The notes beneath the pieces were generated by a model that had not been told where the DNA came from, made no database searches, and saw only the letters and a program-made list of their open reading frames with translations. A DNA stretch of 64,000 nt, taken from Cycas panzhihuaensis. Its lineage: Eukaryota > Plantae > Cycadophyta. The stretch spans positions 247,697,741 to 247,761,740 of the forward strand of contig CM041465.1 in NCBI GenBank assembly GCA_023213395.1, in the 5' to 3' direction. The stretch's first letter is position 1. Each line of letters starts with the position of its first letter. This document shows positions 1 to 13,699 of the stretch, piece after piece. The position numbers were made by a program, and so were the translations under genes.

Positions 1-2258
1 CCACCTTCTAACAAAACCAACAATTTTGATCTTACTAGAAGATCCAACAACTAAATGGAATGATGAGGGGTGGAGGACTCAGCTAAAGAGTTGGTCCAAC
101 CCTGATCTATAGAGGAGATCCAACAGTTGACCAAGTTAAATCTAGGACAAGGTAGGTAGGGTTGATCTGCATGGATGTACCATGCTTTCCCTGGGATTCA
201 CAGCCCCAATAACACCCTTTTCGAACCTCCTTTCCCTCAAGCAACCTTAATTGTTGTGTACTGACCGTACGATCGGTTGGTCCCCTAGGGAATGCATTAA
301 GCTTAAGGTTATTTTAAAGGCAAGGTTTGAACCTTTTTCGGGCCTCTCCTACTTGATTTTAAAGTTCACTTTTAGAATATTGAAGTGGACTTTAGAGCAA
401 ATTTTACTTGGATGATGCAGATGCTTGATTAATGTTTACAATGATAAATAGTTTCAAAGAGAAGCAACCAAATACATCACAATGAACACTTTGAGTGTTT
501 TACAAGAGCACTTTAGTGTGAAATAGTGCTATCAAATCCAAGTAAAAGAAAGTGCTTGAGTACAATGTGAAAAATGTAAGCACTTTGAAGAAGATGTTAA
601 GTGCTTCAATGAAGAAAGAGAAAAGTTTTTGTGTTTGAAAATGCAAGTGAGTTCCTTTTAATGCTTGCAAAAGAGAGGAAGATCACTTGCAAAAACTGAA
701 GACGTCAAGCACCAAGTGTTGGGACTTTAAAAGTAGTCCCAACGATCAACAAAAATGAGTGATTTTATTAAGAAACAAGTCTCCTTGAGTCCTTTTTAAG
801 ACTAAGGGAAGTAGGTCACCCTGCAAGGTGCCTTAGAAAAAATGTTGAAATAGTGATGAGGATCACTTTAATAAGGTCACAACACTTAAAAATCGCTCCT
901 TTCAATGCCTTTAACACTTGCAAACATGAAATAAGTGTTAAATAAGACAAAAAATGTCAAAAACAAAGGCTGAAATTTAACTTTTTTTGCAACTTTGAGC
1001 AACAAGAACACCACGCAGGAAGCCTTGATTGAGGACTTAAACCAAGAAATTTTAATCTCCAAAGATGAGTGACTGTTTCAGCTTTAATGATTTGATGAAA
1101 TCACTAAGTACAATGAAGATTTTAAACTCCAAAAAGAATTTAAAAAGTTGATTTTTTTCCTTAAGCCAAAAAAGTCCCAAATGACTAAAGAAGGCTTTAA
1201 AAAGAAAAAAATATTACTTTTTAATGTAAAAAATACTTGAAAAATACTAGATTCAGTACCTTTTGCCACAAAAGTGAAGCTAATGTGATCACCAATTAAA
1301 AAATCACTTGAAAAAGTATTAATTTTGACTTAAAAAGGTGATTTTTAGTTATTAAGAGGGTGACTATAGTCACTAAACTTTATCAAAAGATGGATATACT
1401 TAGGAATATTCTAAAGAACATAACATAAAGTATATTTTGCAATGTCCAAACTTGAAATATTTGAAAAAATTCAAACTTTTGAGTCACGATGTGACTCTGG
1501 CCGGCTCGGGCGGCTCCGATGGACACACAGATGATGAGAACAACGTGTAGAGACCTCTGTTTGTACCAAAAATTCAAGAGGAGGGGCACCCTAGTGGTAT
1601 CCAACTCCCTCTAAAATTTCAAGGCTTTTCATCAAGTGTGCAGAGAGCTGCAAGTAATTGAAGTTATGGCTAGTCGCACAACTGTGGAGTGAAAAAAGCG
1701 AGTCGTACAACTATCTGAGGTTTTAAACCCACAAGCTGCTCACTAAATCTCTTCACTTGAGTCTCACATACCGCATGCACGTCTCAGATATGGATAGCCA
1801 GCCTGATGTGAGAAAAAAGAGTGAAAAACAGTAATTTTTACGCTTTTTGAGTGGGGTTTCAGGGCTGAAAATGCCTAGAATTTGATCCATAGCCTGCAGG
1901 GGCTCTCAGACTTCAAGTAAATTCAGTCTGAGAGCTTCAAATGGCTGGAGAATAGCTCAGCATCCAAATGTGAGGAAAAAATTAGCTAGAAAACCCAGTT
2001 TTGATGAAAAACACAAGGAAAAAGTGAGTAAACCAGCTCAAAACCTCAGCTAGTAGTTTGAAAAAAAATTTATATCTAAGAAATATGCCTTCTCCAGCCT
2101 TCAACACTACTCCACAAAGCTTGATCTATAGTTGTAAGTCTAAAACACGCCTTGGATCGCCTTCAAAGAGCGAAGGTCGTCACTAATGGGTAGTAGAACC
2201 TACTTTGAATCTCCTTTGAGCAAGAAAAAATCAGAACAGATGGAACTAGTCTCCTCTA

Positions 2259-2270
2259 GCTTTGATACCA
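2259..2270 (-). promoter_or_regulatory. Primer binding site, tRNA-iMet type
   Basis: Minus strand TGGTATCAAAGC, 2 nt from the LTR end. Confidence 0.9.
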
Positions 2271-2272
2271 AA

Positions 2273-2821
2273 TGTAGAAATGGCCAAATGGCCTTAGAAT
2301 CCCAAGATCTAGAAGCTATATTCACTCTAGTTCTAAAAAGTAGATAAACTAGACTAAGAATGAAAATATGAGATCAAACATGAGCAAGATCAAGCATGAA
2401 GATAAAGAGCAAAATGATACCAAGTATGAGGAGTTGGAATTGGTCCAACCTCCAAATGAATAGCAGTTTGATTAGCAAACTGGCAGCATAACAAATACAG
2501 CTCCAACTCTATATGAGAACAATGAGGAGAGGTCTCAATATATAGAGTGAAAGGAGAGACCTAAGGCATTGGATGTGTGACAAGTGTCAAACATCCAAGG
2601 TACATGCCTTGCATGTAGGACATATGTCATTTTGGGCTCTCAAGTGAGAAAAAGTGCATGGGGGTCCATTTGACCCTTTAGTGACAATGTTGTGTCACTA
2701 GGAAAGAATGTGGGTGTGCACTTTATCACTTAAGTGATAAGTCACCCCTAAAGTACAAAAGTACAAATAATACATGAAAAATGAAGTACATAGGCTTAAC
2801 ATGTAAACATAAGGTTTAGCA
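2273..2821 (-). repeat. 5' LTR of family-A copia copy 1
   Basis: TG...CA termini; homologous to 29794-30347, 37055-37610 and 63089-63639. Confidence 0.93.
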
Positions 2822-4200
2822 CAATCCATTGCAGCCTTATTAGTTGGCATCGACTCCATGCCTTTCCAAGTCCTAGGTGACCCTATTGTTGCACGCTCGG
2901 TGGTGATAACATCTCTGGGCAAATCTTCCTTCACCATGCCTTCTGCATCCATATCTATTTTTTGTGTTTCTGGCACCAAATCAACATCTTGTGGAAGATC
3001 TACTAATTGCGTGGGGAACTCATTGCTGAATTGATTTGGCCCTCCCAATTTTGATAGTCAATCTCTTCTTTAGCACTATTCCAAATTTCCAGTGATTTGT
3101 GCGTCGAAGCAGCAAATGGTTCTAGCGCATGGCACTCATCACTCACAGACTCATCTAATTCGGATAATGCTTGAAACTTATTAGTTACCCCCTAGTTTTG
3201 CTTTGACCCACTACCATTTGCCTAGCCCATTTTGGATCACAATTTCTTTTGAATAGAAGCAAAGCCCTCATCATTCTTGAGCAAAACCCTCATCATTCTT
3301 AGGGCAATCACACATGAAATGCCCATATTGATAGTAGAAACCACTCTTGTACGAGACCTATTCATTGTCTTACTCCTGAATCTAGGAATTATCACCAAAG
3401 ACAATTTCAACTTGTTGAAGGAGGCATCAGTCACATCTATCTCAACATAGATGCGTGCAAAAGATGTGACCCTTCATTGTGTGGTTGCTTTTGTTGTCTT
3501 CAAAAATTGTCCAATGGATGATCTGATAGCATCAAAAGATTTCTCTCTCCACAAATGTAAGGGAAGGAAAGGCAACTTTACCCACATTGCGACGGTGTTT
3601 GGAATTTTCTACCTTGGGTCAAACGACAGGTCCCAATACTTCATGTACAAACTATTGTGGCTGATAAACCACAGGCCCTTTTTGAAGATTGTGTCCATGT
3701 TGTGAATGCTTTTGAATATAATGATAAATAATCAACGGCCCATGTTGCAGGCTTTAGGTTCCTAAGAGACATAGGGGACCTAGTTGGTGTGAATCCACGA
3801 GATCAATCCCTTTGGAGATGGCCATAGTTTAAAAAATTGACAAATCATTCCTCCCACAGCTAAAGAACCAAAATCTTCAGAGAGAAAAGTTGGGTCAAGC
3901 ACAATTTGAGAATTGCACAGCTTGCACTTAACACAAGTGCTCTTGTGGTGGGCCACTCCTTTCCCTTGTTGCTTGCTTGGGATGCAAGGGCAAGGACTCA
4001 CCCTCCCTATGGAAGGGTGATCTTGATGCATCCATCAAAAAAGACTAGATCCAAGCCCCATTGACAAACAAACCTTAACGCCTTTCCTCTTACCTCCAAT
4101 AAAAAGCAAACTTCAAGATGCACCTATTCGAAAAAGAAAAGTGAGGTCAATCAGATACCTGTAGCCATTGTTACGGTTGTTGGAAGTTGCAGTGGCATTT
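2822..4200 (-). pseudogene. Decayed plant L1-type LINE ORF1 (DUF4283-like region plus zinc knuckle)
   Basis: Minus-strand translation near 3300-3760 gives GLWFI..LYMKYW..FDP, WVKLPFLPLHLW, FARIYVEIDV and a decayed knuckle ..QYGHFMCDCP, with several stops; truncated on the left by the family-A LTR; right boundary approximate. Confidence 0.8.
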
Positions 4201-4720
4201 TTTTGACCCTATAGATAGTAATGGGCGACAAGACGAGATTAAATCCCTTATAAATTTCATGAGTCTACTCCAAACCCTATAATATAACCTCTCAAAATTT
4301 ATAGAACAGGTCTAATCGTCTCAAATATGTGGTGTTTTTTTAGGAATTCAATCTTTTACACCCTCGAACATAGCAGATATATGATAAAACATTAAGTGGC
4401 CAAAACTACTCTATAGTGCCATTTGTTACCACCCTCCTCAATGGAAGTAAAAGAATAGTAGCCCTTTTCGAGGTGAGGGGACCTTTAAAATGATGTTAAG
4501 GTAGTCATCACAACTATAGAACCAAAACTAAGATGATTACCCTTGAGTATAAGATGGATATTTATAATTATCTTAGCCCATCCCTAATTTTCCCTCTAAA
4601 ATATCGACTTCCTAATTGAATATTAATTATTCCAATTCCTTTATTTTTGGAATATAATAGTTTGAATGAATGTTGGGTTGTGAGTTCAACCCGGTTCACA
4701 CCACTGTTGAGAGTTGAATG

Positions 4721-5244
4721 TGTTAGAATCTTCATGTTTTAGCATTAAGTCCTGACCTTTATATTTCATCTTTGAGTCATGAAATGTTTTGTCAATTTAT
4801 GTTTTATGCTAAAGTGCACATTTTGTAAATTTTGTAAAGTTAATTCACTTTTACTTAAGTCACTTATTGACATATTTTATGTGAATAAGTCAACCTTACT
4901 GATGTCTGACTAGTGTCACCATCTTTTGTATTCAAGAAGGAGAGCTCTAATTGAATTCCTCTTCTATATTGGATATGTGACATGTTTCATAATTGTATGA
5001 ACACTCACACCTATATAATGAGAGTTTTCTCTCATGTATAGCATTGTAGTTTGTATGAGTTCAATGTTATGTTGCTGGAGTAATTTGAAGGGTTTGGAGC
5101 ATAGAGCAATTCTACCTCCTCCATTTTTTCATATGTGCTTAATGCTTGTATTTTCATGCTTAACTAAGAGAGCTAGTTCATTTCTTGTTAAGATTTTCTC
5201 CTTCTTCTAATCCTCATTACATCCATCATCCTTCCATTTCTTCA
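4721..5244 (+). repeat. 5' LTR of copia B
   Basis: TG...CA, TATA-like CTATATAA near 5011, PBS just downstream; no partner LTR, so the left edge is inferred. Confidence 0.7.
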
Positions 5245-5467
5245 TTTTGGTATTAGAGCAATGTTGGGGATTTAGCGAAGATGAGTTTACTTCCCCTTTT
5301 TGTGGTGACCTTTGCCATATGAAAGCGATCTAATGGAAATGTTTTTTTTTTACTTAGTTCTCTAATTTCAAAATTAATTTTTGAATTTTTTTTATTGGGG
5401 GCTTGATATTGAAATATTCTTCAAAATTTGTTGAAGAAGCTAATGTTGAAAAAGAAAAAAATTAATA

Positions 5468-5473
<6 letters not shown>

Positions 5474-5548
<75 letters not shown>

Positions 5549-5572
5549 TAGATATATATATAGATATAGATA
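5474..5572. repeat. Compound microsatellite (TA)n(GATA)n
   Basis: Directly visible; it generates the spurious YIYIYI ORF. Confidence 0.97.
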
Positions 5573-6545
5573 TGCGCTTCTTGGCTCTTTTGTGGCTCTC
5601 TATTTTGGTGGCTCTTCTTATGTGTGGAAGTCCTATGTATTATTGCACTACTAGGTGATTGTTTCACCGTTGTTAGGTGTTCTCTCAAACTAGGCACATC
5701 TCTCATTGTTGCTAATGTTTTCCATTTAGTGGGCGGCTTCAAAATTGGTTGAGCATTTTTCTTTCTTCACTAAGTCGGTTGTTTGGCTTTGTTCCCCATT
5801 AATTGGGCAGCTCTTAGCAGTGTCAACTTTCTTTGTTGTTGGGCAACTCTCTTACTGGTCGGGCGCTCATTTTGGGTGTATTACCTTGAAGTGGCAACAC
5901 TTCCTCCACATTAGCAACTCTTGCATCTCTTATGATTTGGTAATGCACTTTGGTGGCTCCATTGGCGACTGTGAGACCTTTGTGGACTTTGCATGCTCAA
6001 CAACAACCTTGTGACACCTCCCACAGATCCTACAGTCATTAAATCAATGCCTAGATTCATGATTCAATTGAAATCAACCATTGTTTGGTGAAAATTTGCA
6101 ATCAATCACGAGTCACCACTGCTAGTTGAATGATAAGAAACATTTTGATATTTTGCAATAGCTTTTATAGCCATAGGTTATAAACTTTGGAATATATTAA
6201 GTATCTTCTAAGTTTAATTTATGGACCCTTTCTAATGTTCTTCGGAATCACTTGTTTTTAAATTTGTTTGTTTTGCAAAACGGGGTCTTCATCACTTTTC
6301 TAGTGTGTTAATCACACCTCTCCACATAAAAAAATTGCATGTGTTTTTAATGCTAAAAACACCATTTTTTTGAATGATTTTTAAGCACTCAAGTAAAAAT
6401 TTTCATGTTTTACTCATTAGGTTCCCTGTGTGGTGACCTAAATTGAGCATTGTAACGCACAAAAGGCCAAAGACACAAGCAAAGATCAATACATAAATAA
6501 CTATATTTCGTGTGTGACAAGATCATTTTTGATCCCGAGTGTGTC

Positions 6546-7041
6546 TATAGCATTCCTTCCTGTTCTGGCCAACTTCATAAACCAATATTTATCAAGCAAT
6601 TTGGTCGACTTATGAGAGATATAATTGTTATTATTTTTGGTTGACTTCAGAGCACTCTCTAGTCGACCTTGTATTTTCGTTTTGACAGACTTCCTCCCTC
6701 CTTGCTAGTCGAGCTCCTTAAGCCCTTTTCACCTACCTATTTATAGGGATCTTCGACCCTATTCTAAGGCATCTCTTATGACTTTGGGCTATTGCATTTT
6801 TGGCCTTAAGGGCTGCAATTTTGAAGGACACCTTGCCTCGAAGAGAAAGCTTGTATGTACTTTATTTGTAAGTTTTGTATATCATATTTACTATATTTAA
6901 ATTGATAACTTTAATCTATTTCATTCAATATAGTAGTAAGTACTTTATTTTTGCATAGTTTGTATATTTTCTTCTATATTTTGCAAAATTTATTTTATTT
7001 TACCCCTCTTTTCCATAAAAACCCTCTGTGGAAACGCTTCA
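6546..7041 (+). repeat. 5' LTR of element C
   Basis: Direct repeat of 11578-12035; the 3' copy lacks ~40 bp. Confidence 0.9.
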
Positions 7042-7196
7042 AGCGATATCAAAGCTAGGTTCTAAAAGCCATCCTAAGGGAAGACCCTCAGTTGTTTAGC
7101 AAAAAAAAGTTGAGAAAAGACAATTTTATTTTCCCATTCCTCTCTTCTTTCCCTAAACGAAGTTAAGATCAAGAAAGACTCTTCAGTAAGGAAAGA

Positions 7197-10100
7197 TGGT
7201 GAGAAGATGTAGATAAGAGGGTTGATAAGTTGCACGATATTGTGTCAAACATGGACCGAGACATAAGATCTCTTCATAATCTAGTAAACCCAATAGACAA
7301 AAGATTAGACAAAACTAAAGAAGAAGGAGAGACTTTGGGAGAGGAAAGATTCTAGGAGCAAAAGAATCTGAGGAAAGAATGGGAATTCGACGAAGGGGAG
7401 CTGGAGCCAGGCAAAGGGCACAAAATTCTTTTAGAAAAAATTGACCTTGACAAATCAAGGGATATTCGCAATTGGATCATCCAAATGGAAATCTACTTCC
7501 AAGCAAGTGGCCTATCCAGCAAAGAATAAATCTTAGTAGCCTTTCGTCATTTGTACGACAAAGCACTAAAATGGTTCCACTGGTGGAGGAGATTCTATGG
7601 GGGAACAAGCAACAATAATTGTTTTTTTCTAAAAGAAAATCCTAATAGAGCGATATGAAGACACTTGAAATATGGATTACTTTGCCCAACTTATGTGCCT
7701 ACAACAAGGAGGCTTAGTGCAAAACTACACTGAACAACTCCTTATCTAGGCATATGTTGTGATACTTAAGGGACATATCAAATATTACATTAAAAAAAAT
7801 AGAAGCAATCACCTTGAATGAAGTTATTCAATAAGCAGGAAACGTGGAAGCAGAATATAGAGAAGGGAGGCCCAATTATGTCCAACGAGTTGAACCTACC
7901 CGCTATCAAAACCCTAGCTTCCAGCCAAATTGAAATAGATCAGGAACAATGGTTGAACCTCCTCTCATAGGCAAGGGAAGCAATGAGCCAAATAAATTAT
8001 CTAAAGAAGAGCACCTAAAATAAGGGACCTACTTCAACTGTGGAGGAAAATGGAATCAAGACCGTTAGTGCCCTTCAAAGAAGGTGTTCATGATCAATAA
8101 TGAAGATATTGACATTCTAGAGAAGAAGAGGAAGAGGAAGAGGAAAAATTGCCAGACATTAAGTGACAAAGCCAAAGTTGAAGAACTCCTCAGCACTAAC
8201 ATTGAGAACATGCAAATACCATTACAAGCTATTACTGGAGAAGTTATAGCCCCCCAAACTTTACAGTTCCAGGGGACAATCAAGGGAGCACAAGTAGCTA
8301 CTGTCATAGACAATGAAAGCACACATGATTTCATCAATAAACCCACTGTAGAATAACTAGGGTTGCCCATCCAAGCACTCAATGTCTTCTAGGTCGCCAT
8401 CGCCAATGGTAAGACTATGACATGTGAAGGTTACTATCATAAGGTAAATCTCCAATTGGGGATTATTCTATGACAACATGCATGTTCGCCATGCTAATAG
8501 GAGGAGTGGATGCTATCTTAGGTATCCAATGGCTACAAACCTTGCGAAATATCGTCAACAACTACAAAACTCGATTCGTGAGTTTCTTGCACAAGGGTCG
8601 CAAATACATGTTGTAGGCACCTCCCATACCCACAACACAACTAGTGACTTCACACTGCATGGAAAAAATATTGAAGAAAAATCCTACAACATATATAATG
8701 ACATGCTACAAAATTGCAATAGAAGATGTACTAGCAAATATACAGGATGCCATAGACCAACGCAATAAGGTCTTTGAAGAACCTCTCCAAGGAGTACCTC
8801 CAGATTGAGGATGCGAGCATTCCATTGAGTTGATAGTAGGAGTAGCTCTCGTAAATATTCACCTATACTGCCATCCCTATCACCTCAAGAGAAAAATCAA
8901 ACAAATTACCAAGAAGCTTCTAGAGGAGGGGTATGTTTCGACCAACATTAGCCCCTTTGCGTCACTAGTTATATTAAATCATAAGAAAGATGGTTCCTAT
9001 CACATGTGCGTGGATTATTGGGGGCTTAATAAGCTTACCGTCAAGAACTGTTACCCCACTCCACAAATTGATGATTTGTTGGATGAAACACATGAAGCAA
9101 AATATTTCTCAAAAATCAATCTCCGCTCAAGGTACTATCAAATTCGTATCAAAGAAGAGGACGTGTACAAACCACTTTTTCTACACATGAAGGTCTATTT
9201 GAGTTTCAAGTTATGCCATTTGGGCTAACAAACACCCCAACCACCTTTCAAAGTACGATGAACACAATATTTAAACCCTTCTTATGCAAAATTGTGCTCC
9301 TTTTGTTTTACAATATTCTAATTTATAGTTCAACTTGGGAAGAACATTTAGAACATATCAAGATTGTACTGCAAGTTCTCGAAAGCAATCAGTTCTTCAC
9401 CAATAAGAACAAATGCGATTTTGGGAAGACTAGGATGGAATATCTAGGGCATATTTTTTTCCAAGAGGGCATTAAAATGGATCCAAAAAAAGTTCAAACA
9501 ATCATAGAGTGGCCCACACCCAAAATTGTAATGGGAGTATGAAGTTTCTTAGGAGTAGCAGGGTTTCTCCGAAGATTCATTAGAAGATACACGCACATTG
9601 CTTCTTCTCTAACTGACCTCATGAAAAGGGATGCTTTTGTGTGGAATCCAACAACAGAAGGTGCTTTCCAAGAATTGAAAGTGACAATGATCACAACTTC
9701 TATCTTGGCAACCCCCGATTTCTCTCAACCATTCACCTTGGAGCATGGCGCATCTAGAACAGGAATAGTAGTCCTTCTCTAGAATGATCAACGATTGGAA
9801 TATGAGAGCTACAAGTTAAACACTAGGGAGCAACTTAAATTGACTTATGATAAGGAAATGCTTGCTATAATGCATGCCATACACCAATGGCAACAATGCT
9901 TACTCAAAAACAGGTTTGTGGTCAAAATAGACCATGACAACCTTAAATATTTCCTTAATCAAAAGACGTTATCAAATGAAAAACAGAAGTGACTAAGTAA
10001 ACTCTAGACCTTCGACGGGAACATTTTATACAAAAAAGGAAAAGAGAACGTTATTGCAGATGCCTTATCTCAGAGACCAAAAGATAAGAGAGAGAGAACA

Positions 10101-11547
10101 TCTCCCTGTAAACAATCTCTATATCTACGCCAAGTTGGACATAAGAGTTGGTTCAAGAGTACCAGAATGACCCTCTTTCTCAAAAGGCACTAAAGGCAAT
10201 CCAAGAACGAGAGACCACAGAATATGAACTATAGGGAACCTTAATTTTGCGGAAGCGAAAAATATTTATACCAACATCAATTTTCAAGGAAAAAAAATAC
10301 TTGAGGAAGCTCACTTCGTTCTGACCACTGGTCACATGGGGATCAATAAAACATACTGCAAATTACAGGATACATTCTTTTAGAAAGGAATGAAAGCAAA
10401 CGTCCACAAATTTGTCGCAGAATGTGACTCTTGCAAAAGAAACAAAAGCAAAAGTGTAAGAAGTCCTAGCCTTCTCCAACCACTACATATACCTCAACAA
10501 AAGTGGGAAGAAATCTCAATGGACTTCATTATTGAATTGCCAAAATCCAAGGGTAAGGATGTTATGTTTATGGTTGTTGACAAGCTAACAAAATATGGTT
10601 GTTTGAGGGGGATATAGTCAACAATGAAAGCCAACCAAGTTGCATAAATCTTTATGAAGGAAATACATTGCCTACACGGGCTTCCTAAGGTAATAGTCAA
10701 TGATTATGACCCAAAATTCTCTAGTCATTTCTGGCAAGATCTATTCAAATTAGCTGGCACGAAATTATCCATGAGTACAGTGTATCACCCCCAAATAGAT
10801 GGACAAATGAAATCAGTAAACAAGGCCTAGAAGGATACCTGCAGAACTTTACATCAGATAAACAACACTTATGGCACAAATGGCTCCATCTCGTTGAATG
10901 GTCGTATAAGACCATGTATCATACGTTGGTAAAGAAAAGATGACCCCATTCCAAGCGCTCTATGGTTTTGAATCGCCATCTATCCTCACATGGACAAGAG
11001 TCTCACGCATGCAATCTGTTCAAGGACATCAAGATCAAACGGAATTCAAATACTGAAAGATAACTTAAACACAACCAAGAATTAGATGAAGCAACAAGTA
11101 TATTTACATAGATCAAAAAGATCTTTCTCAGTAGGAGATTGGGTTTTCTTAAGTCTCCAATCTCATAAATTGTCCACTATGAGACAAATGAGCAAGCGAA
11201 AATTGCAACCACGATTTTTTGGTCCATATCAGATCACGAATAATGTGGGAGAAGTAGCATACTAATTAGCACTATCACAGGGGAGCCAAATGCGTAATGA
11301 TTTCCATGTTTCATGCCTTAAGAAAAAAATTGGGCAAGACATCACCCCTCAAATAGAATTACCAGAGCTAGATGAAGAGGGAAAAATCATTATTGAACCA
11401 GAAGATATCCTCCAAACTTGGATGAGAAGACTACGTTCCAAAGAAATCCAGGAATATCTTATAAAATGGAAGACCTTAGATCGAGAAGACTCAACATGGG
11501 AATCAGAAGAATGGTATCGACAACACCCAGGTTTACCCATGCTTTGA
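7197..11547 (+). pseudogene. gag-pol: gag-pol of element C with C-terminal chromodomain
   Basis: VIDNESTHDFI (protease); CVDYWGLNK and MPFGLTN (RT); YDKEMLAI (RH); WEEISMDFI (INT); EYLIKWK..DSTWE (chromodomain); many stops and frameshifts. Confidence 0.93.
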
Positions 11548-11577
11548 GGGCAAAGAATGTTTTTAGGGGGAGGGATT

Positions 11578-12035
11578 TATAGCATTCCTTCCTATTCTGG
11601 CTAACTTTGTAACCCAATATTTATCTAGCAGTCTGGCTGACTTACGACAGATATCATTGTTATTATTTCTAGCCGACTTCATAGCATTCTCTAGCCGACC
11701 TTATATTTCTGTTCTAGTAGATTTCCTTCCTCCCTATTAGTCGAGCTCCTTAAGCTCTTTTCACCCACCTATTTATAGGGATCTTCAACCCTATTCTAAG
11801 GCATCTCTTGTGTCTTTGGGCTGTTGCCTAGAAGAGGAAGCTTGTGTCAGGTACTTTATTTATAAGTTTTGTACATCATATTTATTATATTTAAATTGAT
11901 AACTTTAATCTGTTTCATTCAGTATAGCAGTAAGTACTTTATTTTTCCATAGTTTGCATATTTTCTTCCATATTTTGCACAATTTGTTATGTTTTACCCC
12001 TCTTTTCTATAAAAACATTCTATATAACTACTTCA
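11578..12035 (+). repeat. 3' LTR of element C
   Basis: Follows the PPT; matches 6546-7041. Confidence 0.9.
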
Positions 12036-12627
12036 ATTTGTTTTTTATTGTGTTGGCTTTGCAAAGTGCTTCTGAGTGCCATTAAAATTTCACGTTTTTC
12101 ATTGCAGAAGGTACCATTTAAGGCAAAATCTCTTTTGCAACAACAACTACTCACATTTGAGTAAATCATTTCATCACTTGCGACATTTAGACAAATTCCA
12201 AACATTGTTAAAATTGCCTTCAAAGTACATTTTATTCAAGATTCAATCCAACTTTTAATCACATTTAAACACTAAAAAAAGCAGTGTCTTAGCCTTAATG
12301 CATTCCCTAGGGGACCAATTGGTCATATAGCCAATGCATGACAATTAAGACCTAAGTGGGAAGGCTTGAAAGGGTGTTATCAGTGTTGTGAACATTGGGG
12401 AAAGCACGATACATTGTGTAGATCAACCCTGCCTCATTTGCACTAAAATTGATCACTTGGCCAATTGATGATCTTTGTTGATCAGGTTGGATGACTAGAG
12501 AGTGAAGCCCTCCATTTAGTCTTCATAACTTTTAGCCCAGCGCTCGAGAATTTGAGATATTGAGTGGAACGTAAGTGGCATAATCAATAGTTTCTAAGTT
12601 CAATTTTTTAGTTACAATATTTAAATC

Positions 12628-13425
12628 ATGGCTACTCCAATGTTTAATCCCAATACAATTAAACTTAGAGGAAGTGAAAATTATTTGACATGGAGAAAAC
12701 AAGCAAAACATTTGCTCATCTTGAATGAACTATGGGTATATGTGTTTGGCACCATCATGAAACCTAAACCAACACCTAATTCAATAGATCCAAACACTTT
12801 AATTCCTGTAAATACAGTTGCACTTGCTGCATTCAAAGCTAAAGATGAAGTTGCTTTAGCTTTTATTCATTTATTTGTTAGAGACAATGTAGATCAAAAC
12901 ATTGATTCTACTACAACTTCTAAACAAGCTTTGGATACTATTTTATCATTGTATGGAAGATGAGATGATGCTTGTATTGTAATGTTCAAAGCTAAGTTGT
13001 TTAACTTACTATTTATAGAGCCCATGGTGGCATATTTGTTCTCTGTTAAAGCAATCGGCAATCAGTTGGTCGTACTTGATAAACTGACTTCAAGCAAGGA
13101 TCCGATCATTACAACTATACATGCTCTTCCAAAAAAGTACACTGCCTTCATCTTTGACATTTCACACAATGACACTTTATCAACTATGAATTTTAATGAG
13201 TTGAAAAGATTGTTGTTACAAGAGAAAGAAATCTACTCTCAGTAAAATGAAGCAAGGACATTAGGTGTTTTATTGCAAAGTACAAGGGTGAACAACCAAT
13301 TTAGCCTAAGCAAAATTTTTGAAGAAATTTGATAGTTTTAACTTCAATGTTGGAAAGTCAAAGACTGCCATCCGCCATTATTGTGGCAAAGTTGGCCTTA
13401 TTCAACTAGAATGCTAGAAAAAATG
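12628..13425 (+). pseudogene. gag: Copia gag of element B
   Basis: KLRGSENYLTW N-terminal motif; decayed zinc knuckle HYCGKVG near 13375; in-frame stops. Confidence 0.88.
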
Positions 13426-13699
13426 GAGTCATTGGTAGGGGTTGCCCCATCCTCTCCTTTATCAACCTGCTTGTCAGGTTGTTCAAACAACCCTTCTTGC
13501 TCCTACCGCTTCTTTACCTGACTTAGCAACTTTTGTTACCTAGTTAATGCAATTTGTTTAGAATCTTGTTGCGAAAAGCGAGCCACAAAATACCCTTGTT
13601 CGGGATATACAATGACAACCTAGTAGACCATGAAATAATCAATTGAGGGGGCAGCATAATCCACCTCCCATTCTTGAGAAAATGCCCTCTCCTATTATT

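Larger units (their letters stand above)
1..2821 (-). mobile_element. Ty1/copia element, family A, copy 1 (5' LTR plus ~2.3 kb leader; coding region lies off the window start)
   Basis: Reverse complement matches 29794-32797 of element H; LTR 2273-2821 is followed on the minus strand by a tRNA-Met PBS. Confidence 0.93.
6546..12035 (+). mobile_element. Ty3/gypsy chromovirus element C, full length and degenerate (~5.5 kb, Reina-like size)
   Basis: Paired LTRs 6546-7041 and 11578-12035; decayed Met PBS near 7044; PPT AGGGGGAGGGA at 11565; order gag-PR-RT-RH-INT-chromodomain. Confidence 0.93.
4721..13425 (+). mobile_element. Ty1/copia element B, 5' fragment (LTR, leader interrupted by element C, gag); no pol or 3' LTR found
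   Basis: LTR 4721-5244 starts TGTTAGAATC, similar to family-A LTR starts; PBS TGGTATTAGAGC at 5248-5259; gag homologous to those of H and I. Confidence 0.8.

Noticed and set aside
4671-4720. Alternative LTR start, or B-box-like GAGTTCAACCC
   Set aside because: 4721 matches related LTR termini better, and no A-box or tRNA body supports a SINE
5440-5742. 100-aa ORF with YIYIYI repeats
   Set aside because: Translation of the TA/GATA microsatellite
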